Below are positions 19,931-30,270 of a stretch of DNA of 64,000 nt, piece by piece. The DNA lies in assembly GCA_963665815.1 (NCBI GenBank), contig OY762463.1:2368001-2432000 (forward strand). The letters run 5' to 3'. Made by a program: the position numbers and the translations under genes. Positions within the stretch are counted from its first letter, which is position 1. Each line of letters opens with the position of its first letter. Below the pieces are notes generated by a model, which worked only from the letters and a program-made list of their open reading frames with translations, was not told where the DNA came from and did not search any database. The stretch is from Candidatus Cloacimonadales bacterium. GTDB lineage: Bacteria; Cloacimonadota; Cloacimonadia; Cloacimonadales; JAIOQZ01.

Positions 19931-22348
19931 TTACTCATATAAAAGTGAATCTGCCGGATTTGTGTTAGATGCCTTGACTGCATGAAACAGAATAGTCAGG
20001 ACTGCAATAGCCATTGAGATCAGAATTCCGAGTAAAAATACATAAAATGGGATTTTTACGCTGTATATGAAACTTTCCAACCACTTATACATCAGGAAGT
20101 AACTGATAACAACAGCTAAGATGCAGCCTATTGAAACAAGCTGAATAAAGTTTTTTACAAGAGTAACTATGATATTACCGTTTGTTGCTCCAAATACCTT
20201 TCTGATTCCTATTTCCTTAGTTCTCTGAGCAATTATGTATGAAGAGAGCCCAAGTAAGCCCAAACAGGATATAAGGATTGACAATGCCGAAAGATATGTG
20301 AACATTATTGATAGATTCTTCTCAGTTCGGTAATATTTATCCAGCTTCTGATCCATAAAGAAATAATCCATTGGTCTGGGACTGATCGATTCCCAGATTG
20401 AATTCATAAAATTTATTGTTTCGTTAACATTTCTGCCTTTAAGCTTTACGGCAATTCTGTTTCCCATATCAACAGGAATCAGCAGAATTGGTTCAACCTT
20501 ATTGTGCAGAGACTGATAGTTAAAGTCTTTTACAACACCAATCACCCTGCCATCACGCATTGGTCTTTGTCCACCAATACCAAACTGTATTCTCTTTTCC
20601 AAAGCATTATCACCCCAGCCAAAAGTTTTTGCTGCCGTCTCATTGATTATGAAAGCCGTAGAGTCATCAGACTGTATGTTTTTATCAAATTGTCTTCCGT
20701 AGAGCAGCTCTATTCCAAGCAGATCCATGCAATTGTAGTCAATATAGTAGAAATTTAGAGGACGCTCTGTAAAACCGTCATCTGTCTCCAGCTTCATTAC
20801 CAGTTTTCCTGCTCCTCCTGTACCAGGGAGCATGTACGCTGTGGCAACATCTTCAATATCAGGATGTTTTCTAAACTCATCCAGGACAAAGTCTATTCTG
20901 TTTATAATGAGTGTGTCACGTACTGAAGTAACCACAATATTTTCTTTCTCGAAACCAAGATCTTTTGTTCGGAGATAATTAAGTTGTAATGCCACAATCA
21001 GTGTTGCTATTATCATAGATGTAGATATTGTAAACTGCACAACCACAAGCAGCTTTCTCAAAAAACCGCCTTTCCCTTTCATGTTACCTGATTTAAGCAC
21101 GGAAATCGGGTCAAAAGCAGATAGATAAAATGCCGGATACGATCCCGATACCAGTCCGGTCAATACAACTATTGCAAGCATGAGTCCCAGAAAATACGGA
21201 GTCAGTATTTCAGAGAACTCGAAGCTCTTTGCTGTCAGGAAGTTGAATTCAGGTAAAAGCAGTTCCACAAAAACCAGTGATAAAACTAAGGCGGAAAGGG
21301 CAGTCAGGAATGCTTCAACCATAAACTGGGCTGCTATCTGCCCTTTCACAGCGCCTACAACTTTTCTCATGCCGATCTCTTTTGCCCGTTTAACAGATCT
21401 GGCTGTTGCCATATTCATATAGTTGATACAGGCTATGAAAATAAGAAAAAAAGCAATCGCAATAAAAATTATTATATAGGACAGATTACCTGTTTCCAGA
21501 TCCCAGTCCAATTTTGAATGAAAATGAATTTCAGATAGAGGAGTTGTTAACAGTTCGAACGAGATATTCAGTGCTTTGCCGGTTGCTTCCATTACATCTT
21601 TATAGAATACCTGAAACTTATCATGCACCGCTTTGATATAAGTTCCTTCTCTCAACATAATGTAAGAGTATACTTGTACATTCCATAATGCATTAGGATG
21701 ATTGTTCCTGATGGCAAAATTCTGATCTGACAACAGGGTTTCCATTGACAATGCACACTTGAACTGTAAGTGCATATTTTCCGGTAAGTCTTTTATTACA
21801 CCTGTGACTTCATAGTCATTACGGTTTTCCATTTTTACGGATTTACCTATCGGATCTTCATCTCCGAACAGCCTGTCTGACAATTCCTCTGTTATGACCA
21901 TCGTAAACGGTCTGCTGAGTGCGTGTTCCGGATTTCCCTTAACAAATTCGTGTGTAAACATTGTAAAAAGCGTAGAGTCAGCATAAAATGTTTCGTTTTC
22001 CTGAAACTTCTTCCCATTGTATTCATAAAGGATATCCGATCCTCGGGATATATTCATAAAACGGCAGTATGATTCTATTTCCGGTATTTCTTCTGCCAAC
22101 ATTGATGCCAGAGGAAAAGGTGTCAGGGCAAAATAATCTTCCTGTTCTTTGACCAGAAAATGCGATTCCAGCCTGTGTATTCTATCGTGATTTTTATGGA
22201 CTTTATCATAAGACAACTCATCAGCAACATACATAGAAATAAGGATAACACATGTTATACCGATTGCCAGGCTAAGAATATTGAGGAAACTGTAAAACCA
22301 GTTTCTACTGAAATTTCGGAATGCTGTATATATGTAATTTTTGAACAT
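19931..22348 (-). CDS. ABC exporter permease (MacB/FtsX-type, duplicated)
   Basis: ACINYMN..RAKEIGMRKVVGA and RTKEIGIRKVFGA repeats. Confidence 0.92.
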   Translation of the reverse strand: MFKNYIYTAFRNFSRNWFYSFLNILSLAIGITCVILISMYVADELSYDKVHKNHDRIHRLESHFLVKEQEDYFALTPFPLASMLAEEIPEIESYCRFMNISRGSDILYEYNGKKFQENETFYADSTLFTMFTHEFVKGNPEHALSRPFTMVITEELSDRLFGDEDPIGKSVKMENRNDYEVTGVIKDLPENMHLQFKCALSMETLLSDQNFAIRNNHPNALWNVQVYSYIMLREGTYIKAVHDKFQVFYKDVMEATGKALNISFELLTTPLSEIHFHSKLDWDLETGNLSYIIIFIAIAFFLIFIACINYMNMATARSVKRAKEIGMRKVVGAVKGQIAAQFMVEAFLTALSALVLSLVFVELLLPEFNFLTAKSFEFSEILTPYFLGLMLAIVVLTGLVSGSYPAFYLSAFDPISVLKSGNMKGKGGFLRKLLVVVQFTISTSMIIATLIVALQLNYLRTKDLGFEKENIVVTSVRDTLIINRIDFVLDEFRKHPDIEDVATAYMLPGTGGAGKLVMKLETDDGFTERPLNFYYIDYNCMDLLGIELLYGRQFDKNIQSDDSTAFIINETAAKTFGWGDNALEKRIQFGIGGQRPMRDGRVIGVVKDFNYQSLHNKVEPILLIPVDMGNRIAVKLKGRNVNETINFMNSIWESISPRPMDYFFMDQKLDKYYRTEKNLSIMFTYLSALSILISCLGLLGLSSYIIAQRTKEIGIRKVFGATNGNIIVTLVKNFIQLVSIGCILAVVISYFLMYKWLESFIYSVKIPFYVFLLGILISMAIAVLTILFHAVKASNTNPADSLLYE

Positions 22349-22438
22349 GTTTCCTCTTTTAAGCAGTGCCGGACCAATGAGGGAGGAAAATCAATCCGGC
22401 ACTGTTTTGGTTACAGAAATGTATGAATAGTCTATAAA

Positions 22439-23128
22439 TTATAACTGAAATTCTTCTTTAATATTTTCGGTGACAATATGACCGTCAAAAAGCTGAATTA
22501 TTCTTTGTGAGTATTCAGCGTGAGAAGGAGAGTGAGTAACCATTACAATGGTTGTACCATCATTATTGAGCTGAGTCAGAAGGTTCATTACTTCTTCACC
22601 ATGGGATGAGTCCAGATTACCCGTAGGCTCATCTGCAAGAATAAGTTTAGGCTTTGTTATCACAGCTCTTGCAACAGCTACTCGCTGCTGCTGACCACCG
22701 GAAAGCTGCTGCGGAAAGTGGTTCTTTCGGTGGATAATATTCATCTTTTCCAGAATCTCTTCCACTCGTTTTTTTCGTTCACGAGGAGGAACTTTCATAT
22801 ATAGTAATGGAAGCTCTGTGTTTTCATAAACAGTCAGTTCATCTATAAGATTAAAACTCTGAAATATGAAACCAATATTGGATTTTCTCAGCTTTGTTCT
22901 CTGTTTCTCTGAGTATCCGGACACTTCCTTTCCAAGAAAATTCATCTTTCCCTCGGAAGGATTGTCCAACAGACCAAGAAGGTTAAGCAATGTTGATTTC
23001 CCACAACCGGAGGGTCCCATGATAGCTACAAATTCACCATCTGAAATCTCCAGGTTAATATTGTTCAAAGCAGTTGTTTCAATTTCATCTGTTCGATAAA
23101 TCTTTTTCAGATTGCGGGTTGTTATCAT
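22439..23128 (-). CDS. ABC transporter ATP-binding protein (LolD/MacB-type)
   Basis: [17 protein letters not shown] and [10 protein letters not shown] motifs. Confidence 0.95.
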   Translation of the reverse strand: MITTRNLKKIYRTDEIETTALNNINLEISDGEFVAIMGPSGCGKSTLLNLLGLLDNPSEGKMNFLGKEVSGYSEKQRTKLRKSNIGFIFQSFNLIDELTVYENTELPLLYMKVPPRERKKRVEEILEKMNIIHRKNHFPQQLSGGQQQRVAVARAVITKPKLILADEPTGNLDSSHGEEVMNLLTQLNNDGTTIVMVTHSPSHAEYSQRIIQLFDGHIVTENIKEEFQL

Positions 23129-23156
23129 TTTTCCTCCGTGATCAATTTTTCTTTAA

Positions 23157-24410
23157 TTACTTTTTTAATACTAATTTTTCGGCATCATTAAAACTGTCAT
23201 AGCTTGATATAATTACTTTTTCATTTATACTGAGCCCTTCCAGAATTTCAAAAGCTACAGGGTTCATTTTGCCTATTTTTATATTTCTCTTTTCTGCATA
23301 AGTACCATCTTCCGATACAACATATACCCAGTTTCCACCGGTTGAATTATAGAATCCGCCTCTCTGGATCTGAAGTGCATGTTTTGATTCACTTAACTGC
23401 AGTCTTACGTGAAAAGTCTGACCTATTCTCATTTTCTCAGGTACTTCACCCGAAAATACCATTTCGATCCTGAACTTTCCGTCTTTTACTTCACTGAATA
23501 CTTTCTTAACTCTTATGTCATAAGACTCATTGTTAAATTTAAACTGCCCTGCCAATCCACGTGTTATTCGGGATATGTAATGCTCATCGACATCTGCCAT
23601 GATTTTGTAGCTGTCCAGAACATTAATCCAACCAACTCGCTGACCCTGATTCTTTGCTTCACCAATATCACCGTCTAAACGGGCTAGTTCACCTGTTACA
23701 GGGGCTTTAACAACCAGATTATCCAGTTTCTGCTTAATAATATCCAGATTTGCCTGCATTCTATCAACTGAGCTTTCCAACTGACTGATCTGTACTGACC
23801 TGAAAACCGAGTCCTGCTTCTGACTCTCAATAATAATATCTTTCTTCTGAAGATAATATTCGTAAGTTTCTTTGGATGAATCGTATTCTTCCTTTGATAT
23901 AAAACTCTTTTCATACAGATTTTTTGCCTGATTGAATGAACGCTTCTGTTTGTTGATGAGATGATTTATTTCTACAATATCCTGCTTTAAACGCAGTTTA
24001 TTCTGTTCCATGGAAAGTCTGGTATTACGCAGATTGTTCATCTGTTCTGCCAGATTCGCTTCTCTCGTCATGATGTTCAAGTGCAGATCCGTGTTGCTCA
24101 TTCTGAAAAGCTTATCGCCTTTATTAACATGAACCCCTTCCTCGAGATATATCTCTTCAATTCGACCACCCGAAAGCAGGTCCAGATAAATTGTGCTGAT
24201 TGGAGCAACAACACCTGAAACATTAATGAAGTCTGAGAATTCTTTCTTCTCAACAGTGCTGTAGAACAGCTTGTTTTTCTCAACATCAACAGTACTTCTG
24301 TTATCACTGAATGTGCATTTATAAAGAACAAGTATCGCAAGGATAAGAATAATTGATGTATAAGTGATTCTTTTCAAACTCCACTTCTTTTTTTCAATTT
24401 TTCTATCCAT
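23157..24410 (-). CDS. Periplasmic adaptor (membrane fusion protein, HlyD/MacA-like)
   Basis: N-terminal TM, lipoyl halves (GGRIEEIY..EG..V.KGD; VKAPVTG) and a coiled coil. Confidence 0.9.
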   Translation of the reverse strand: MDRKIEKKKWSLKRITYTSIILILAILVLYKCTFSDNRSTVDVEKNKLFYSTVEKKEFSDFINVSGVVAPISTIYLDLLSGGRIEEIYLEEGVHVNKGDKLFRMSNTDLHLNIMTREANLAEQMNNLRNTRLSMEQNKLRLKQDIVEINHLINKQKRSFNQAKNLYEKSFISKEEYDSSKETYEYYLQKKDIIIESQKQDSVFRSVQISQLESSVDRMQANLDIIKQKLDNLVVKAPVTGELARLDGDIGEAKNQGQRVGWINVLDSYKIMADVDEHYISRITRGLAGQFKFNNESYDIRVKKVFSEVKDGKFRIEMVFSGEVPEKMRIGQTFHVRLQLSESKHALQIQRGGFYNSTGGNWVYVVSEDGTYAEKRNIKIGKMNPVAFEILEGLSINEKVIISSYDSFNDAEKLVLKK

Positions 24411-24434
24411 ATTAATTCCTTTCGCTCTTTATAA

Positions 24435-24450
24435 TGCAATCACTGTGCCA
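24435..24450 (-). promoter_or_regulatory. Sigma54 (-24/-12) promoter of the exporter operon
   Basis: Minus strand reads TGGCAC-AGTGA-TTGCA, an exact match to TGGCAC-N5-TTGCW, 24 bp upstream of the ATG. Confidence 0.85.
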
Positions 24451-24629
24451 ACAAGCTTTCTCTTTTAATAACAGTCATTTAATATCTTGAAGTCATGTTC
24501 ATATATGTACGCTATCGGGCTGAAGATGTACGTATTCGGACGGCTACAGGCTACTGAAATTATTGTGGAAACATATTGACTGTTACTTAGTTTATATTGT
24601 ATAATGCCATTATATTGGAGGAAAATGTA

Positions 24630-25211
24630 ATGCAGATATTAAAAGCATTGATAATAGTGACTATGTCTCTCATAATTATCTTCTGTACAAGTGGATGCGG
24701 ATGCACATGTGCATACGGTTTTGCTGAAGATTCTCCAGATTACTTTAAGGTTCTGAATTACCTTAAAGAAGATATCAGACGACTTTCTCCAGATGCTGAA
24801 ATAGATACAAAAGATTTTACTGTGCTGCAGGATATGTTAACATCTCTTAGAATGAAGATTATTGAAAACGAAGCATCAGACAAATATAAATATGATACTC
24901 CTCCGTTATTGGTAAGTAGTTTCTTCTTTAGTGCTCCCCAGCAACGAGATTTACCGCCGGGAAACTGTGTTATGGAACTTGATATTCAAGTTCTTGAGAA
25001 TGGAGATGTTGGAGCTGTTACGGTGATGAAATCAGTTGAAAAAGGCAAATATGGGTTAGATATAAGGGCATATAATACTGCCAAGAAATGGGGATTCAAG
25101 CCTGCTGAGAAAAATGGAAAAACTGTTGAATCATGGATCAGAGTTAATATAAACTTCAGGCGTGAAATAGGCGAAAAGATGATAATTGCTGAAACAGGTC
25201 ATTATGGTTGA
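24630..25211 (+). CDS. Exported protein with TonB C-terminal-like domain
   Basis: G.V..V.V.KS...LD..A...AKKWGFKPA.KNGK.V..W..V.I.F pattern; GGAGG RBS. Confidence 0.7.
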   Translation: MQILKALIIVTMSLIIIFCTSGCGCTCAYGFAEDSPDYFKVLNYLKEDIRRLSPDAEIDTKDFTVLQDMLTSLRMKIIENEASDKYKYDTPPLLVSSFFFSAPQQRDLPPGNCVMELDIQVLENGDVGAVTVMKSVEKGKYGLDIRAYNTAKKWGFKPAEKNGKTVESWIRVNINFRREIGEKMIIAETGHYG

Positions 25212-25484
25212 TTACCGGTTGACCTGCAAGTTGTATTATCATCATTTATTCATCAATTATTCAAAAGTAGAAATATTGAAACCCGAACATAGAAAAGCTC
25301 TATACATGGCTGCAATATTGTGCGCAGTTCTGGTAAAAGGATTTCCCAGACCTTTATGAAATGGATGCATGCTATGGAACATCAAGAGAAGTAAATCGCC
25401 ATAGACCATTTGATCAATATAGATTGAAGTACATATATGATAATCAATATAACAACTAGTTAAAGTGAAAAATAGGAGAACGTT

Positions 25485-27227
25485 ATGAAAAAAATAAATG
25501 CTGTATTGTTTATTGTAATGTACCTTATATTCTTTTCAGTTTATGCAAGAAATATTGATTCAAGAACTTTAAGGTTAGATTACTTGAATATATCAAATGA
25601 AGCTGACAGCTTATCTGTAAATTGTGCAAATATTTCGAACATTTCTAAAATATCGAAATTTGTAAATCTGAAATATATTGATTTGAGAGGTAACAACATT
25701 ACGGATTTAACTCCGTTAAGTAAACTGAAGCTACTAGAAGAGCTTTATCTGGATGATAATCTTATAGAAGATATTTCTCCTTTGCTGAAACTGAAAAATC
25801 TGAGAATACTAAGTTTAAATCACAACAAAATAAAGAAAATCGATACAAAAATGAAGAACAGGAAGCTTGAAAAATTCAGTGCAGCTTTTAATGATATTGA
25901 AAGCATTTCAGGGATTACAGGTTTACCGAAACTAATTGATATTAATCTACAGAACAATAACATTAAGGACATCTCAACTCTTGGTAGTAATCCTGAAATA
26001 CTTTATGTATGGTTGGATAATAATAGAATAAATAGTATTAAGCCATTACTAACATGCAATAAACTGCGTGAAGTATGGATAAATAACAATCCTGTTGAAG
26101 ATATGAAGTCACTTTCATCATTAGACTCACTTGAATGGATATGGTTTGACAATAAATCAATTGTCCTCTGGGAGAAAGAGAAGCCAATAAGGTTCGATGA
26201 TCTAGTGTTTGAGAATTTTGTTCGAGATTTAGTTGATATACATGATCGTGATCTTTATCCTTCTGACTTGCAGAATATAAATGAAGTGAACTTTGTCGAG
26301 CATGAGGGTTATATTGAGTATAGGCAAAATAGAATAAGCGAATCAAAAGGAACAATATCAATTATTCTGGAAGCAGGATTTTCAGATAAATTATTTTTTA
26401 TAGAAGAAGATATACCTGAAAAATATGTTGCACTACCTATAAATCGTTGTAAAAGCTTAAAGTGTATTAAATATTTCAATAACCTAAGGGAAGTTCGTTA
26501 TCCTGCGAGATTAAATTGTAGAGGTGGAAATTTAGAGGTTACATCTATACAAAAAAACTATGCAATTAAAGAATTAAGAGAGATTATTGCTCTTCAAAAA
26601 ATTGAGATTTTTGACATTCGAAACACTGGGATAAGCTATATTCCTGATTTATCTGATCTAAAAGAACTGAAAACATTGATATTTGAAAATTGTCATATCT
26701 TCAATATTGATAATATGTCAGGTATTACCAACCTTGAAAGATTGAGCCTACAAAATAATCTAATAAGGAAGTTACCAGATTTTTGTGATTACAATGATAT
26801 TACTTCAATAGATATTTCTGACAACAACCTCCCCAGTATTGATTTGAGTTCCTTCGATAGACTGAAGTATTTGAACTGTTCAAAAAACAAAATTGCTTAC
26901 GTTAATTCAGATATTTACTTGCATAAACTAACAAATTTGAATATTAGCTTTAATGATTTAGAAAGCTTAGATTTTATAATTAAATGTAGAATGATAAGTG
27001 ATTTAGATATTTCAGCAACAAATATTAGTGATTTAATCCCATTAGAGTATACTCCACTTATTCGCAATTTAAAACTTGAACACCTTAATTGTAATATTAT
27101 GTCTATTTTGGATAGGAAGTTTGCTAGTAAACAAGATTTTAAAATATCTCTTTTCAACTCAAAAATTCCCAAAAATGAACGGGATGATTTCCTAAAGAAG
27201 CTTAAGAAATTGCAAGAAAAAGAATAA
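25485..27227 (+). CDS. Secreted leucine-rich-repeat (internalin-like) protein
   Basis: Signal peptide; many LxxLxLxxNxIxDI repeats; AT-rich. Confidence 0.88.
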   Translation: MKKINAVLFIVMYLIFFSVYARNIDSRTLRLDYLNISNEADSLSVNCANISNISKISKFVNLKYIDLRGNNITDLTPLSKLKLLEELYLDDNLIEDISPLLKLKNLRILSLNHNKIKKIDTKMKNRKLEKFSAAFNDIESISGITGLPKLIDINLQNNNIKDISTLGSNPEILYVWLDNNRINSIKPLLTCNKLREVWINNNPVEDMKSLSSLDSLEWIWFDNKSIVLWEKEKPIRFDDLVFENFVRDLVDIHDRDLYPSDLQNINEVNFVEHEGYIEYRQNRISESKGTISIILEAGFSDKLFFIEEDIPEKYVALPINRCKSLKCIKYFNNLREVRYPARLNCRGGNLEVTSIQKNYAIKELREIIALQKIEIFDIRNTGISYIPDLSDLKELKTLIFENCHIFNIDNMSGITNLERLSLQNNLIRKLPDFCDYNDITSIDISDNNLPSIDLSSFDRLKYLNCSKNKIAYVNSDIYLHKLTNLNISFNDLESLDFIIKCRMISDLDISATNISDLIPLEYTPLIRNLKLEHLNCNIMSILDRKFASKQDFKISLFNSKIPKNERDDFLKKLKKLQEKE

Positions 27228-27332
27228 ATCCAAACCTACCTCGTGCAGGCTTTTCTTTTAGATAAGTGTATTGCATAGAAATTATTGACGAACACGGCTT
27301 GAACTGGATATATTGGGGAAAACGGTTCCTTG
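27228..27332 (+). repeat. Direct repeat copy 1: degenerate terminator plus start of an RHS core
   Basis: Matches 29837-29942; 56 bp identical (27277-27332 = 29887-29942), encoding EIIDEHGLNWIYWGKRFL. Confidence 0.9.
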
Positions 27333-28598
27333 CCCGTAAATAGGTTTTGGGAGACTCTCGCCTAAGGCTCCGAGCTCTTTGTTGGCATTCTCTTGATCCG
27401 GCAGAGCAGTTTGACAGTCCGTATGTATATTGCGGTAACAATCCTGCTAATAAACAAGGTGTCTCCTATGGTCTTCGAACTTACGTTCTACAGACTTCAG
27501 AGACGAGACTCTCGGACTTAGTCCTGCGAGCTCATAGCTTGACGGAGCACTCTCATTATCATATCGTCAGGAGCAGTATGCTAAATTACAAAGTTTGTAC
27601 CGGGGATTCAGGGGAATGTCATTAAATGCTGAGGATGATTGGAATTATGCACAAAATTTTGAATTGCAGATGCTGAATTTTGAAATTGATGCCTGTGGTG
27701 GGTATGAAGCGTGGGCAGATTACCCGACTAAGAAAAGGAAGAAAGCTGAGGAGGAAGGAGCTCAAGGGGTTGATGGCGTAGCCCTGAATGATTATAATAC
27801 AAATGATCATGAGGTTGGTTCTCAGTATGTTAATCAATTAACACTTCATCTTGATAATTCAATACAAGACGAGATTGAGTTTAGATTACAAGGAAAAAAA
27901 GATCTGATGGGACAGAAATTGTTTTTGGTGAAGGGGGTTTGAATATCCAAAACATATATGCCGTTGCGATTGATGGTTATGACACTCCAACCGATTATAT
28001 TGATTCCTTGATCGACCAAATTGTTGATACGGTTTGTAATGGATCAGACAGTGATTATGAATCATTATGCATTGCATCAAATGCCACTGAAGGTGGACAA
28101 TTAGTACCCCTTACGTACTGTCCATTTGATAAACTTCACAACGATTCTGGAGATTTAAACAATGGTTATGCGCACTCACATACAAGAATTGATGGAAGAA
28201 GTTCAAACTTGATTTTTTGGGATCATAATACTACATATGTAAAAAAGGAAAAAGGTGGTGGTATACTATGCAAAATACCATTTATTGGAAAATATCTACC
28301 TCCGAAACAGGAAGTCTATCTTACGCCATATCATAATTTTCAGCATGAGACTTTTCATGCAAGACAAAGAACAGAATTGGGAGAACAAGGATATCGTGAT
28401 CTATCCAGAAAAAAAAGGGAAAATGATACAATGGCGGCAAAAAGATACTCAAAACATATCTGGCTTGAAAATCATTCAGACTTTCTTTCAAGTGTATTTC
28501 AATCTTCATATCCATATGGTGTCTTTACAAATTACAGGAATAAATACTCAAATACTGATTATACATATGAGAGCGATAGACATGGAAAATCATGGTAG
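27277..28598 (+). pseudogene. Orphan RHS core remnant plus C-terminal HExxH-containing toxin tip (interrupted)
   Basis: EIIDEHGLNWIYWGKRFL...WHSLDPAEQFDSPYVYCGNNP RHS-core motifs; ORFs 27595-27942 and 27939-28598 join via the A7 run at 27894-27900; HETFH motif. Confidence 0.72.
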
Positions 28599-28613
28599 AT
28601 AAAAGGAGGCAAT

Positions 28614-29825
28614 ATGAGTAAGATTTCAATATTATTGATAATGTCTGTATTAATTTTGAGCAGTTATTTGGAATGCGAAGAAATTTCTCGAAGTGAGATC
28701 AATGTAACAAGTTTTCTTCCTTCAAGTGCTCGCCTATATGATTTCGAGATTGATTCTAAGGGAAATTATATAGTTTCAGGATTCAAATTTGTTTATGATG
28801 CAAAAGAGAAGTTCAATAAATCAGTATGGTTTGTCATTAAATTCAATTCTGATTTTGAAGAAAGCTGGTCTAAAACGTTTAAAGATAATCAAACCGAGAT
28901 AAAGGTAATTCTTGATAGTAAAGATAATATAATAGTATTGGGAAATGAAAGCAGAATCAGCAACTATCTAAAGTATGGTTTTTTGACGAAATCAACGTTT
29001 TTCAAAAAGTATAATGCTAATGGAAAGAAGATTTGGTCTGAGATGATAAAATCTGATTATAAATGTGAAATCAATAGCATTGTGCTGGATTCCCTTGATA
29101 ACATGTTTGTTGCAGGTTATCTTGTTGATTCAGCAAAATTTAATTGGAGAATTAAATACAAGTATGATGGAGGTAGTAATAATAGCTTTATTGCAAAGCT
29201 AAGTTCTGATGGTAAATGGCAAGAAGCTCGTGTGTATAGATCAGAATGGCAAGATTCTGTAACAAATTTACTTCTTATAGAAGACGAGTTATACGTAATT
29301 GGTATCTACTCAGGGGATTTCAAAACAGAGAAAAATGTTATTAATCATCATGGTGAAGGTAGCTACTATATGTTGAAACTTGATATGAACTTTAATGAAA
29401 TTGATATTATCGATTTCGACTATGTTGATCCAAGAATCTTTTCTGTGAATGATATGTTTAATCCTCTGAGTTTGTACAGGATTGTTGATGTGCAAAACAA
29501 CATTGATTTCATTGGTCCTTTATATGACAGCCTTGATCAAAAGAGTATATTTATTGTTGATCGTAATCTCAATACTACCGAGAAGAAAATTGCTGTAAAT
29601 GAGTTTTCTGCTGGCTCTTTCAATGATTATAAGTATATATATGATGACAGTTACATTTATGCAATTCCTACTGTACTTAACAACATAATATACTCAATTA
29701 AACTAAAGCAGAATATGAGGACAAAAAAAATCTTTCAGCAAAATAACCATTTATATGTACTACAGGAAGCCATCTACTACAAAAATAATCAACCTGAATA
29801 TATTCTGAGTATATACAGTCCATAG
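28614..29825 (+). CDS. Secreted beta-propeller protein (SBBP-like repeats), candidate immunity protein
   Basis: Signal peptide; DSKGNYIVSG, DSKDNIIVLG and DSLDNMFVAG repeats; AGGAGG RBS, start 15 bp after the toxin-tip stop. Confidence 0.7.
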   Translation: MSKISILLIMSVLILSSYLECEEISRSEINVTSFLPSSARLYDFEIDSKGNYIVSGFKFVYDAKEKFNKSVWFVIKFNSDFEESWSKTFKDNQTEIKVILDSKDNIIVLGNESRISNYLKYGFLTKSTFFKKYNANGKKIWSEMIKSDYKCEINSIVLDSLDNMFVAGYLVDSAKFNWRIKYKYDGGSNNSFIAKLSSDGKWQEARVYRSEWQDSVTNLLLIEDELYVIGIYSGDFKTEKNVINHHGEGSYYMLKLDMNFNEIDIIDFDYVDPRIFSVNDMFNPLSLYRIVDVQNNIDFIGPLYDSLDQKSIFIVDRNLNTTEKKIAVNEFSAGSFNDYKYIYDDSYIYAIPTVLNNIIYSIKLKQNMRTKKIFQQNNHLYVLQEAIYYKNNQPEYILSIYSP

Positions 29826-29836
29826 TTAACACTCAT

Positions 29837-29942
29837 ATCCAAAGCCTGCCCCGTGCAGGCTTTTCTTTTACACAGAGGCAATGCAAAGAAATTATTGACG
29901 AACACGGCTTGAACTGGATATATTGGGGAAAACGGTTCCTTG
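29837..29942 (+). repeat. Direct repeat copy 2: intact terminator plus truncated RHS-core start
   Basis: AAAGCCTGC-CCCGT-GCAGGCTTT-TCTTTT hairpin, then the 56-bp identical block. Confidence 0.9.
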
Positions 29943-30270
29943 GGGTCATACCTTCAATAAGACCACCTTTCCGGATTTCATCCGTAATAATCAAATCCGA
30001 GTAGAGAGACGTCGAGTTTCGAGACAGAGGGTTTAGAAAAGGGAACTGATGATTATTCTTGCCTAAATCTAATTAACACACAATCAGGCTTCATTATTGC
30101 TACTCTGAATAAATCTGCTATTAAATTCCATATATTTAATTTCCTGTTCCTGTGTTATTCTGTATATTCAGTGGTTTAAAACAACCAATTTTGCTTGACT
30201 TTGATTCAGCATTTTCATTTTTATTAAAAACTCAATAGGGGTTGAGTAGAAAAGGAAAAGGGGAACCAAT

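Noticed and set aside
27228-29942. Direct repeats as a CRISPR array or prophage att sites
   Set aside because: There are only two copies, 2.6 kb apart, with no cas or integrase gene; the repeat translates to RHS-core motifs
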